A stretch of 64,000 nt of DNA from an uncultured Solibacteraceae bacterium (GCA_964468205.1 CAYXVG010000035.1:5143-69142); one strand, 5' to 3'. Numbered from the stretch's first letter, positions 21,159 through 30,827 are shown. Program-made: numbers and translations. The notes: generated by a model from the letters alone, not told the origin.

Positions 21159-22520
21159 ATGCTGCACTTCGTTCCCTTCGCGATTGTTCTGCTATTGATG
21201 GGCTGCGGACTTGAAGTGCCGTCCAAACCCAATGTCGTTTTTCTACTGACGGACGACCAGCGCCCGGATACGATCGGGACGCTTGGGAACCCGCGGATAG
21301 TAACGCCACACCTTGACGCCGTGGCAGAATCGGGAGCTGTCTTCACGAACGCCTACAACCTGGGTTCGAACGTGCCAGCCGTCTGCGCGCCGAGCCGGAA
21401 CATGATCCTTTCCGGCCGGGCGTATTTTCGATGGGAGGGCCGCTTCGCGCCACCTGAACCGGCCAATCTCGCCGATTCAATGAAGTCGTTCGGCTACGAG
21501 ACCTATCATCACGGCAAGAAGGGAAACACGGCGCAAGAGATCCACAAGCGCTTCGACCATACAAAGTACCTTGAGGACAGGCGCGTAAGGAATTCCGGCG
21601 AGCCTGGCAAGGAGATCGTCGACAGCGCGATCGAGTTCTTGACTGGACGGAGCGGTGAACGCCCATTCTTCATGTATTTAGCCTTTGCTACGCCGCACGA
21701 CCCCAGGGTTGCGAAACAGCAGCACCTGGATATGTACCCGCCGGAGACTATCCCGCTGCCGCCGGACTATCTGGCCGTACATCCTTTCGACAACGGCGAG
21801 ATGCTGGTGCGCGATGAGTTGCTTGAGGATTGGCCCCGCACTGAACAGGCCGTTCGAGAACATCTTCGCGATTACTATGCTGTTATCACGGCTCTCGATG
21901 AGCAGATCGGCCGCTTGATCGCGTTTCTGAAGGAAAACGGCTTGTACGAGAACACCTACATCATCTTCAGTTCGGATCAGGGGCTCGCCGTCGGTTCCCA
22001 CGGCCTGATGGGTAAGCAGAATCTTTACGAGCACTCGGCGAAGGCGCCGCTGATCATCGCTGGCCCGGATATTCAGCCGAAGCGAGTTGATGCACTGGTA
22101 TACCTGTTGGATCTTTACCCCACGATTCTGAGCCTGGTGGGCGCGCCCACGGCGGAGGGGCTTGATGGGGAGACTCTGGCCCCCTTAATTTACGGCCAAT
22201 CAGACCGGGTTCGCAAGTCGCTCTTTCTCTCTTATAAGGATGTTCAGCGGGCGATTCGCGACGAGCGATACAAACTGATCGTGTATCCACATAACAACAT
22301 GAAGCAGTTGTTCGACCTCGAAGTGGATCCCCACGAGCGAAATAACCTGGCCGAAAACGAGGATTACGCCAGGAGAGTTGAGGCCATGATGGCCGCAATG
22401 GAGGCGTGGCAACAACAACTTGGCGATACAGCGCCACTGATGTCCGCCGAACCGGAAGACCCAAAGTTCCGGCCGCCAACGGGTGAGGAACTGGCGAAGC
22501 TCCGCGAGAAGTGGAATTAG
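21159..22520 (+). CDS. Sulfatase (S1, formylglycine type), probable lipoprotein
   Basis: Lipobox LLLMGC. NVVFLLTDDQRPDT... and CAPSRNMILSG (C-x-P-x-R). Confidence 0.9.
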   Translation: MLHFVPFAIVLLLMGCGLEVPSKPNVVFLLTDDQRPDTIGTLGNPRIVTPHLDAVAESGAVFTNAYNLGSNVPAVCAPSRNMILSGRAYFRWEGRFAPPEPANLADSMKSFGYETYHHGKKGNTAQEIHKRFDHTKYLEDRRVRNSGEPGKEIVDSAIEFLTGRSGERPFFMYLAFATPHDPRVAKQQHLDMYPPETIPLPPDYLAVHPFDNGEMLVRDELLEDWPRTEQAVREHLRDYYAVITALDEQIGRLIAFLKENGLYENTYIIFSSDQGLAVGSHGLMGKQNLYEHSAKAPLIIAGPDIQPKRVDALVYLLDLYPTILSLVGAPTAEGLDGETLAPLIYGQSDRVRKSLFLSYKDVQRAIRDERYKLIVYPHNNMKQLFDLEVDPHERNNLAENEDYARRVEAMMAAMEAWQQQLGDTAPLMSAEPEDPKFRPPTGEELAKLREKWN

Positions 22521-22601
22521 CCATGCTCCCGAGGGCGAGCTGAAGTGCGTTTCCGGCAGGAGCGGTAGGTTCGCTGGGAAGTATCCAAGGAGGCAAACGA
22601 A

Positions 22602-24137
22602 ATGAATAAGCCGATAACGCGCCGCCGCTTCCTTGAAGGAAGCTCAGTTTTGGCAGGAGGGCTCGCAGCAGCGCCTTTTCTGGCGGCTGCCGGCCAACGG
22701 CCGAACATTGTCTTGTTGATGGGCGACGACCACGGGTGGGAAGAAACCGGCTATAACGGACACCCATACCTTAAGACACCGGTGCTCGACGAGATGGCGG
22801 AGTCCGGCCTTCGCCTGGATCGCTTTTACTCCGCCGCGCCCGTTTGCTCGCCGACCCGCAGCAGCGTACTTACCGGCCGCCACCCGAATCGCTGCGGCAC
22901 GTTCTCGGCAAACTTTTCGATCCGGCCCGAGGAGATCAGCATCGCCCACATTCTTGGCAAGAACGGGTACGCGTGCGGTCACTTTGGCAAGTGGCACGTC
23001 GGTCCGGTGAAGGCAGACTCGCCGACAAACCCTGGCGCGATGGGCTTCGAGGAATGGTTGTCTCACGACAACTTTTTCGAGATGGATCCCCACCTTTCCC
23101 GGAATGGTGGTTCGCCTGAGCAGTTCCAGGGAGAGAGTTCGGAGATCATAGTCAACGAAGCGACGCGCTTCATCGGCAAGGCGAGGAAGAGCAAGCGGCC
23201 GTTTTTCACCGTCGTCTGGTTTGGGTCGCCGCACGAGCCATACAGCGGGTTGGAAAAGGACTTGGCGCTCTACGGGCACTTGCCGGAAGCGTTCCGATCA
23301 CGCTACGCACGAATCACGGGCATGGATACAGGACTACCGGCCAAACTGCGCCTGGACAAGGTGCTGCAGGCGCGATTCGCCGAAATCACGGCGATGGACC
23401 GCTCGATCGGGCAATTGCGCGAATACCTTGAGCGCGAGGGCTTGCGGCAGAATACGGTTCTCTGGTACTGCGGCGACAACGGCGTCCCGGGCGAGGGTCG
23501 CATCACCGAGACGCTTCGCGGCAGCAAGGGCGATGTGTACGAAGGCGGCGTGCGCGTTCCGGGCGTCATCGAATGGCCAGCAGGGATACCGCGGCGTCGG
23601 GCGACGGGCGTCAATAGCGTCACGAGCGACATGCTTCCTACGATTTGCGATTTGGCCGGCGCGCCATTGCCGGAGCGGCCCCTCGACGGTATCAGTCTGA
23701 GGCCACTTGTTGAGGGGAAGATGACCGCACGGCCGGAACCAATCTGCTTTTGGAGTTATGACATTCGCCACGCAACTGAGGGCGATCCAGAACCGTATAT
23801 CGATCCCAAGCTTCAGGAAGGTACGACCCCTCTGGTCAAGCAGATGAACGGCCAGTTTACACGGAGTTTCCGGAATTTCCGCCACCCGCGAATCAGCGAC
23901 CGCGATTTCGCAGGTCCGAAGGCGATTCTGGATAACCGGTACAAGTTGGTCGTACAAGACCCGCCGGAAACCGTCGACACAGGACCCGAGAGGAAGCTTT
24001 TCGACGTACGTAAGGACCCAGCGGAAGCGAATAATCTGAGCCAGATCAATTCGCAGATCGCCACGGACCTGGAGAAGCGGCTTCGAGACTGGCAGCGATC
24101 CGTGCTGAACAGCCTGTCCGGCGCCGATTACCAATAG
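22602..24137 (+). CDS. Sulfatase (S1, formylglycine type) with a Tat signal
   Basis: Twin-arginine leader TRRRFLEGSSVLAGGLAAAPFLAAA. NIVLLMGDDHGWE and CSPTRSSVLTG. Confidence 0.9.
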   Translation: MNKPITRRRFLEGSSVLAGGLAAAPFLAAAGQRPNIVLLMGDDHGWEETGYNGHPYLKTPVLDEMAESGLRLDRFYSAAPVCSPTRSSVLTGRHPNRCGTFSANFSIRPEEISIAHILGKNGYACGHFGKWHVGPVKADSPTNPGAMGFEEWLSHDNFFEMDPHLSRNGGSPEQFQGESSEIIVNEATRFIGKARKSKRPFFTVVWFGSPHEPYSGLEKDLALYGHLPEAFRSRYARITGMDTGLPAKLRLDKVLQARFAEITAMDRSIGQLREYLEREGLRQNTVLWYCGDNGVPGEGRITETLRGSKGDVYEGGVRVPGVIEWPAGIPRRRATGVNSVTSDMLPTICDLAGAPLPERPLDGISLRPLVEGKMTARPEPICFWSYDIRHATEGDPEPYIDPKLQEGTTPLVKQMNGQFTRSFRNFRHPRISDRDFAGPKAILDNRYKLVVQDPPETVDTGPERKLFDVRKDPAEANNLSQINSQIATDLEKRLRDWQRSVLNSLSGADYQ

Positions 24138-24208
24138 CGGTTCGAGGCGGCATGCTCGGTTGACTCAGGCAGAAGAAATGCGATACCAACGGACACGAGG
24201 ATAACAAA

Positions 24209-25456
24209 GTGCAACGAAGGACGTTTCTGCATACGAGCGGCACTGCGGCGGTGAGCTTTCCGTTTGTCGCCAAGTCCACCATTTTGGGGGCGAACGACAG
24301 GGCGGAGATCGGTTTCATCGGCGTCGGCCGCCGGGCGAGGTGGCTCCTCCAGCACGAGGACTTTGGAGTGGCAAGGATCATCGCCGTCGCGGACATCTAT
24401 CCCGGTTCGATTGCCGAAGCTGTCAAAGTCCACCCCGACGGGGAGAACTGGGCCAAGTATGCCGAGTACCGGGAGATGCTCGAGAAGGAGAAGCTCGACG
24501 GCGTATTTGTGGAGACGACGACGCACGCCCGCGTGCTGGTTTGTATCCACGCGGTTCAGGCCGGTGTGGACGTGTACGCGGAGAAGCCGTTGACGCTGAC
24601 GGTAGAGGAGGGCCGGGTTCTGACGGATTTCGTGCGCCGCCACAAGCGGGTGCTGCAGACAGGCACTCAGCAGCGCTCGATGCCGATCAACATCTATGCA
24701 AGCAGTCTGGTGCGGAACGGGAAGATCGGCAAGGTGAAGGAGGTGATCGTCTGTAATTTCCTATCGCCTGAGCGGTGGACGCCGAAGCCGGCCCAACCCG
24801 TACCCGAAGGACTCGATTGGGACCAGTGGTGCAACCAGACGGAACTGCGGCCCTATCACGAGGACTTGCACCGGAGGTGGGCGCGATGGTGGGCCTACGA
24901 TGGCGGAGGCCAGTCCTGGGGTGTCACGGGTTGGGGCACGCACTCGCTTGACCAAGTGCAGACAGCCCTCGGAACCGACCTCACCGGACCGGTGGAGATC
25001 TGGCCGGAGGGTAGTGGCCTCACCGCCAAGGTTATGGCGCGATACGCCAACGGAGCCTTACTGAAGCTGGAGCAGGAGATCATCAAGGATCATCAACAGC
25101 TCGGGGCGATTTTCGTTGGCGAAAAGGGCCGGCTGCAAATCGTTCGCGGCGATTTCTTCCCCGAGGATCCGGATTTGAAGAAAGGCGCGCCCGAGATCAC
25201 CAAAGAAGGTCCGGGCGAGAACTCGTTCCATATCAAGAATTTTGTCGACTGCATTAAGTCGCGGAAGGAACCCAACGCAGATGTGGAGATCGCCCACCGG
25301 TCTACCACCCTGTGCCACCTCGTTAACATCTGTCGTGAGGTGGGACGCAAATTGCGTTGGGACCCGAAGAAGGAGCGATTCACTGGCGACGAAGAAGCCA
25401 ACGCCAAGCTCTCGCGCCCGAGGCGAAAGGGCTACGAACTACCGCGTCTTGGCTAG
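24209..25456 (+). CDS. Tat-exported Gfo/Idh/MocA-family NAD-binding enzyme (GH109-like architecture)
   Basis: GTG start with GAGGA 8 nt upstream. Leader QRRTFLHTSGTAAVSFPFVA. Rossmann IGFIGVGRRA...; EKP motif YAEKPL. Confidence 0.85.
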   Translation: MQRRTFLHTSGTAAVSFPFVAKSTILGANDRAEIGFIGVGRRARWLLQHEDFGVARIIAVADIYPGSIAEAVKVHPDGENWAKYAEYREMLEKEKLDGVFVETTTHARVLVCIHAVQAGVDVYAEKPLTLTVEEGRVLTDFVRRHKRVLQTGTQQRSMPINIYASSLVRNGKIGKVKEVIVCNFLSPERWTPKPAQPVPEGLDWDQWCNQTELRPYHEDLHRRWARWWAYDGGGQSWGVTGWGTHSLDQVQTALGTDLTGPVEIWPEGSGLTAKVMARYANGALLKLEQEIIKDHQQLGAIFVGEKGRLQIVRGDFFPEDPDLKKGAPEITKEGPGENSFHIKNFVDCIKSRKEPNADVEIAHRSTTLCHLVNICREVGRKLRWDPKKERFTGDEEANAKLSRPRRKGYELPRLG

Positions 25457-25654
25457 AGCGAGCGATCGCGATTTCGCGATTACCGCAACGCCTCGGTGCG
25501 CTACAGGCGTGAAAACGGCGATTGGCGACGCTGGGCGCCATGCTTGGTCTGTAGATCAGGCGGGGGCCGAAGCGGAAGAATTACCGTCGATCGCTGGAGC
25601 CTGCCGTAACGGCGGCTACGCCTTACCGGTGCGCTTGATAGACTGAGCGGTGGT

Positions 25655-26779
25655 ATGACCAATCGGAGACATTTTTTGAAAACGGCTGGTGTGGCTATGG
25701 CGGGAGCGAATGTCTTGGCGCGCCCTGCGCAGTCGTCTGAGGCGCTTCCGCCGCCTTCCGGGGAGGGGCGCACCCGCGAGAAGATGCTGGACTGGTTCGA
25801 GGAAGCGAAGTTCGGGCTCTTCATGCACTATGGCTTGTACTCGCTTCTAGAGCACGGCGAGTGGGTGCAGTTGCGGGAGAAGATTCCGGTGGCCGAGTAC
25901 GCGCAACTGCAGCAGAAGCTTACAGCGAACTCGTTCGACGTTGATTTCATAACGGACCTGGCGCTTGAAGCGGGGATGAAGTACGTGAATCTCACCGCGC
26001 GGCACCATGACTCCTTCTGTCTATTTGATACGAAACAGACCGACTTCAACAGCATGCGCGCCCCGGCCGGGAGAGATCTGATCGGGGATTTGACCGCCGC
26101 GTGCCAGCGGAAAGGGCTCGGCATTTTCTACTACTACTCCTACGCCGCTGACTGGAAGCATCCTTACTTCTACTCTCGCGAGGCGGGGCTGCCCATTTGG
26201 GGTTCGGCGCGGCCCGACTACACTGAGCCGCAGCCGGAGTACAAGTGGGAAAAAGACGAGGATTTCCAGAAGTACATCGATTTCGCGCACGCTCAGATCA
26301 AGGAGTTGCTCACCCAGTACGGCGAAATCTCCGGGATGTGGCTGGATCCGATCATGGGCTACTACGCGCGACCGGACTTGTTTCCGATTGACCAGACCTA
26401 TGCATTGATCCGGAGATTACAGCCCGGCTGCCTGATTTGCTTCAAACAAGGGGCGAATGGTGATGAAGACTATGTCGCGCCGGAGCGGACAATGCAAGCC
26501 CACCGGAATGGAGGCGAAGTTGGACGCCGGGCCTGGGAGTTGAACAAAGGCAAGCGCGGCGAAATCTGTGACACACTGCAACCGCGGGTGTGGGGCTATG
26601 ACAAGCGCAACAATAGCGAGCACCGGGATGCGGACTGGGTGATGCAGGCTCTCGAGGAAGCCGAAGGTCTCAACGCGAACCTGTTGCTGAATACTGGCCC
26701 GCTTGCAGACGGATCGATTCACGATATCGACGTGAAGACCCTCCGGGAGGTCGGGAAGAGACTGCGGCGGAAAGGATAG
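25655..26779 (+). CDS. Alpha-L-fucosidase (GH29-like) with a Tat signal
   Basis: Leader NRRHFLKTAGVAMAGANVLA. WFEEAKFGLFMHYGLYSLLEHGEW... and ARHHDSFCLFDT are typical GH29 blocks. Confidence 0.85.
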   Translation: MTNRRHFLKTAGVAMAGANVLARPAQSSEALPPPSGEGRTREKMLDWFEEAKFGLFMHYGLYSLLEHGEWVQLREKIPVAEYAQLQQKLTANSFDVDFITDLALEAGMKYVNLTARHHDSFCLFDTKQTDFNSMRAPAGRDLIGDLTAACQRKGLGIFYYYSYAADWKHPYFYSREAGLPIWGSARPDYTEPQPEYKWEKDEDFQKYIDFAHAQIKELLTQYGEISGMWLDPIMGYYARPDLFPIDQTYALIRRLQPGCLICFKQGANGDEDYVAPERTMQAHRNGGEVGRRAWELNKGKRGEICDTLQPRVWGYDKRNNSEHRDADWVMQALEEAEGLNANLLLNTGPLADGSIHDIDVKTLREVGKRLRRKG

Positions 26780-26784
26780 ATGCC

Positions 26785-29727
26785 ATGACTTCAAGGATTC
26801 GGCAGAGTACGCTTCCCTCGTTCTTGCTGCCGCTGTTTCTGATCGCCACAACGCTTCACGGGCAGGCTCCTGGTTCGGCCGAGTCGGGGGTTGAGGCGCT
26901 GCAGCGCGGGGCCAAGCGTGACATCGCATATACGAAGGCTCGCGTCACGGAGCCCGGGGGAACGCCGGAAGAGAATCTTTGGCAGGTTCTCGTCCTTTTC
27001 GGCGCTGGCGACACGGAGGCTTCCACCTGGACGGGCAAAGTGGCTGCGAGCGCGGGTGAGATCCACACAATCGAGGGCTACCGGTTTGAGCTGCCGGATG
27101 ATCGTGTGCTTCCCGAAGGCGGGTGGCGACTCTCACCCAAGGTGGATACCGTTCTCTACGACAAGCAGACCTTCTCTGACCGCCGGCAACTGCTTTTGCC
27201 GAAAGGCCTGCTCATACGCGGTAGCGGCAGTACGGCGACGCGCGTATCCGTCGAGACGAACCATGGCGGCTTCGCCTTTCTCCCGATGGCAATGGACATC
27301 GGGGAAACGGAAAAGTACATCAGCGGCCGGGCGCAGGCGCAAAGGATTATTCCCGCTACGGATCTGAGCGGTACCGAGTTCCGGCAACACGATCTTCCCT
27401 CGATTGCCGCGGATGCCGATGGCGCGATTTGGGCAACCTGGATGAGTTACCACGACCGGCGTGAGGAGCTGAACTTTCGCCGGTACAAGGACGGAGAGTG
27501 GACCCGTCTGATCCCGGTCCCGCGCGCGGATGAGGACCTCTGGCGCCCTCACGTCACGGTCGATGCGGATGGCGTTCCCTGGCTCATCTGGTCTGAACAG
27601 GAAGACGGCAATTGGGATCTTTACGCGATGCCTTGGGAAGTGGACCGGTGGGGAAAACTGACGCGCTTGACCACGGATCCGCTGCCCGACATCGAGCCGG
27701 CGGCCGTGCGCGCCAAGGACGGGACTGTCTACGTGGTTTGGCAGGCCCTGCGGGGGCGGCACTCGCAGATCCGGCTGAAGTACTTGCGAGCTGGCAAATG
27801 GTCCGAGACGGTAAAGATAACCGATTCGGCGGCGAACGAGTGGGAACCGGCTCTTGGGGTTGGGCCGGACGGTACAGTCTGGATCGCGTGGGACCGGTAC
27901 GGGACGAGTTATGACGTTTACTGCCGCTCCTACAATCCGCGCTCCGGACTTGGTGCTATTCGCCCCGTCGCGACAACAAACCGTTTTGAGGCGCATGCCA
28001 GCGTGACAGTGGACGAACACGGCCGTCCCTGGGTGGCTTGGGAGCGCGGCGATGTGAACTGGGGCAAGGATCTTGGCGCGCTGTTAGGAAAGGACTCTCC
28101 CGGCACGCCGCTTGGACGCCGCAGGACGATCGAGGTAGCGGTTCTCGATAACAATGTGTGGAAGGCGCCGGCGGCAGTTGAGTTCACGGACACCCTTGCT
28201 GTTGGGGCTTCCGACGTAGGAGTGCCCAGGCTATACACGGGCCCGAACGGCGGCATCTGGATGGTGGTTCGCCGGTGTTACGCCAGGCAAGGGTGGCGCC
28301 CCATGGCGCACTGGGAAAGCTTTCTGACACGGCTCGACGGAGACCGCTGGACGGATCCGATCTTGCTGCCAAATAGCCTTACCAGGCGTAGCATTCGTAT
28401 GGGCTTGGCATCGGCGGGCGGACGCCTGTGGGCGTTCTGGCCGAGTGAGAGCCGCAAGTGGGACTTCACCAGCCGTCCGTACGCGAATCGTGTGATCGCG
28501 GGGTCACTGCCGCTTCCGGCAGCCGGGGCCGAGCCTGTTCTGGCTGCGTTCCGGCCGCAGGATTCGCCGGCGCCGACCGTGCATCCGGACGAGGCCGGGG
28601 ACGTGGCAACGGCCCGGGCGCACCGGATTCGCTATGGCGACACGACACTCCAGATTCTCCGCGGCGACCTGCACCGGCACACCGAACTGTCGCCGGATTC
28701 CAATATCGACGAGGGCACGATTGTCGAATTCTACCGCTACATGATTGACGCCGCGGACATGGATTTCGGGGCGTCGACCGATCACCAGGGCGGCGGACAT
28801 GACTACTGGAATACGCTGACGCAGAAGATGGCCGACATGTACTACTTCCCGCAGAGGTTCACGCCGCTCTATGCGTATGAGCGAAATCCCGGCAATCCGC
28901 ACGGCCATCGCAACATCTTCCATCCGACGCGAGACTATCCGATCGTGCCCTTCTTCCAGCGGATCGATCCGCGATTCATGCTGCCGGATTCCCCCGACGG
29001 CGAACTCTTGACGTTCAATTCGATGAGCTTCGGCTCGACGATTCCCAATGACACGAAGTTGCTGTTGGAGGCCGTGAAGGAGTCTGGCGGAATCGCGATT
29101 CCGCACACCTCCGGTTCCAGTGCCATGGGCACGGACTGGCACGCCAGCGATCCAGAAGTCGATGTCGCGGTGGAAATCTACCAAGGCGACCGGATGAACT
29201 ACGAGCACAAAAACGCGCCCCGGGGTATCCAGGATGGTGCGGAAGACAAAGCCGTGGGCGGATTCCAGGAGCCGGGACTCGTTTGGAATGCCTGGAAGAA
29301 GGGCTACCGGCTCGGTGTCATTGCCAGCTCTGATCATTATTCGACACACATTTCCTACGCGATGATCTATGCCGCCGGAAAACTGCGGGAGCATGTGTTT
29401 GAGTCGCTAAAGAAGCGGCACGCCTATGGCGCGACGGACAACATCGTATTGGAGTTTTGGGTGGGTGATCACCTGATGGGAGATCAGTTCCAAGCGCGGG
29501 AGAATCAGCGCATCAGGATCCGTGCGATCGGAACGGGAGAGATTTCCGCGGTCCGCCTGATTCGCGATGGCCAATTCATTTACGAAGCCCAGCCGGGTGA
29601 GCGTGAGATAGACCTGGAATATGTGGATACCGAGGCCGGTGAGGGTTCACACTGGTACTACACACGGATTGAACAAGCTAACGGGGAGCTAGCTTGGTCG
29701 AGTCCGGTTTGGGTCGAGTACCGTTAA
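26785..29727 (+). CDS. Secreted 980-aa protein: repeated DG-x-W-x-W blades (beta-propeller-like) plus a C-terminal His-rich, PHP-like metal-hydrolase-like domain
   Basis: Signal peptide LLPLFLIATTLHG. At least 6 repeats of the type DADGAIWATW / DADGVPWLIW / KDGTVYVVW / PDGTVWIAW / EHGRPWVAW. C-terminal motifs are GDLHRHTELS, STDHQGG, HGHRN, IPHTSG and ASSDHYS. Confidence 0.75.
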   Translation: MTSRIRQSTLPSFLLPLFLIATTLHGQAPGSAESGVEALQRGAKRDIAYTKARVTEPGGTPEENLWQVLVLFGAGDTEASTWTGKVAASAGEIHTIEGYRFELPDDRVLPEGGWRLSPKVDTVLYDKQTFSDRRQLLLPKGLLIRGSGSTATRVSVETNHGGFAFLPMAMDIGETEKYISGRAQAQRIIPATDLSGTEFRQHDLPSIAADADGAIWATWMSYHDRREELNFRRYKDGEWTRLIPVPRADEDLWRPHVTVDADGVPWLIWSEQEDGNWDLYAMPWEVDRWGKLTRLTTDPLPDIEPAAVRAKDGTVYVVWQALRGRHSQIRLKYLRAGKWSETVKITDSAANEWEPALGVGPDGTVWIAWDRYGTSYDVYCRSYNPRSGLGAIRPVATTNRFEAHASVTVDEHGRPWVAWERGDVNWGKDLGALLGKDSPGTPLGRRRTIEVAVLDNNVWKAPAAVEFTDTLAVGASDVGVPRLYTGPNGGIWMVVRRCYARQGWRPMAHWESFLTRLDGDRWTDPILLPNSLTRRSIRMGLASAGGRLWAFWPSESRKWDFTSRPYANRVIAGSLPLPAAGAEPVLAAFRPQDSPAPTVHPDEAGDVATARAHRIRYGDTTLQILRGDLHRHTELSPDSNIDEGTIVEFYRYMIDAADMDFGASTDHQGGGHDYWNTLTQKMADMYYFPQRFTPLYAYERNPGNPHGHRNIFHPTRDYPIVPFFQRIDPRFMLPDSPDGELLTFNSMSFGSTIPNDTKLLLEAVKESGGIAIPHTSGSSAMGTDWHASDPEVDVAVEIYQGDRMNYEHKNAPRGIQDGAEDKAVGGFQEPGLVWNAWKKGYRLGVIASSDHYSTHISYAMIYAAGKLREHVFESLKKRHAYGATDNIVLEFWVGDHLMGDQFQARENQRIRIRAIGTGEISAVRLIRDGQFIYEAQPGEREIDLEYVDTEAGEGSHWYYTRIEQANGELAWSSPVWVEYR

Positions 29728-29913
29728 ACGGATTGTGCCGCTGAAACGAGGAATTCAGAAAAGTCAGTCACACCTATATTGGATTTTATGATGTGCTTTC
29801 CATTGAGCAACTTAGCTCTGGGTGGCGCGGCTGTGGCTTCTGTCGTGTACTAGGCTGAATTCCGAGTGCGCATGTTCCTGCTGCGTACAGACGACAGGGA
29901 GGGATCTTTGGAA

Positions 29914-30795
29914 ATGGCACGACTCTATCAGATTGCATTGCTCGGGCTGGCTTTTCTCGCGACGGCGCAAGGGCAAACGGCTATTACACTTCGGACACAA
30001 GCTCGCGACATCGATTTCAGCGGCGCCAGTGCGACTAAGCCCGCGAAGGCGGGAACCAGCTTGCCTGGTACTTGCTCAGTAGGAGAGCAGTTTTTCAAGA
30101 CAAACGCGCTAGCCGGTGAAAACCTCTACGGCTGTACGGCCACGAACACCTGGAGTTTGTTAGGTGACGGCGGTGGAACCGGCAGCGCGGTTGACTCAGT
30201 ATTTGGCCGCACGGGCGCAGTTTCCGCACAGGCCGGCGACTACTCAGCCAGCCAAGTCTCCAGTCTCGCGACGGGCAATATCGCCGCCACGAACGTTCAA
30301 TCCGCGATTGCTGAGTTGGACGACGAAAAACTGCCGAAGCCGTCTTGCTCTGACGGCCAGATTCTCAAATGGGTGGGAGGAGAACCGGTTTGCAGCACTG
30401 ACGAGACAGGCGGGATGGGAAGTCTGCCGGATACCACGGGAAACGAGCACAAGCTTCTTTCCAACGATGGGGTCAATTCGGATTGGCGCTTTGTAGGGCC
30501 CGGGCTGTTTATTGATTCGGCGCAACTGGGCGTCGATACCGCTGTCATCCCTACGCTTGGAAACGCTAACGCGTTCCTCGGGGATAATGTTTTTTCTCAG
30601 GGTCTGGTCGCCAGCGGTCCCGTATCGTCGGTGGACTTTTCCGGTGCGAAATCAACCCGGCCGATACAAACCGGAACCACGCCCCCGGCGAACTGCATCG
30701 CTCGTGAAGAGCTATTCTTGGACACCGACGATGTGAGTCTTCTGGTATGCAATGCGAGCGGAAACGGATGGACCGCGCTCGCAACCGCACCGTAG
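29914..30795 (+). CDS. Secreted tail-fibre-like protein with a duplicated two-Cys module
   Basis: The internal Met of ORF 29866..30795 gives a signal peptide, MARLYQIALLGLAFLATAQG. Contains VFGRTGAVSAQAGDYSASQV and NVQSAIAELD motifs, plus N- and C-terminal copies of DFSGA-x-T-[KR]-P...C...C..W. Confidence 0.65.
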   Translation: MARLYQIALLGLAFLATAQGQTAITLRTQARDIDFSGASATKPAKAGTSLPGTCSVGEQFFKTNALAGENLYGCTATNTWSLLGDGGGTGSAVDSVFGRTGAVSAQAGDYSASQVSSLATGNIAATNVQSAIAELDDEKLPKPSCSDGQILKWVGGEPVCSTDETGGMGSLPDTTGNEHKLLSNDGVNSDWRFVGPGLFIDSAQLGVDTAVIPTLGNANAFLGDNVFSQGLVASGPVSSVDFSGAKSTRPIQTGTTPPANCIAREELFLDTDDVSLLVCNASGNGWTALATAP

Positions 30796-30827
30796 ACAAG
30801 AATGTGTGCGCATTACTGGAGGACAAG

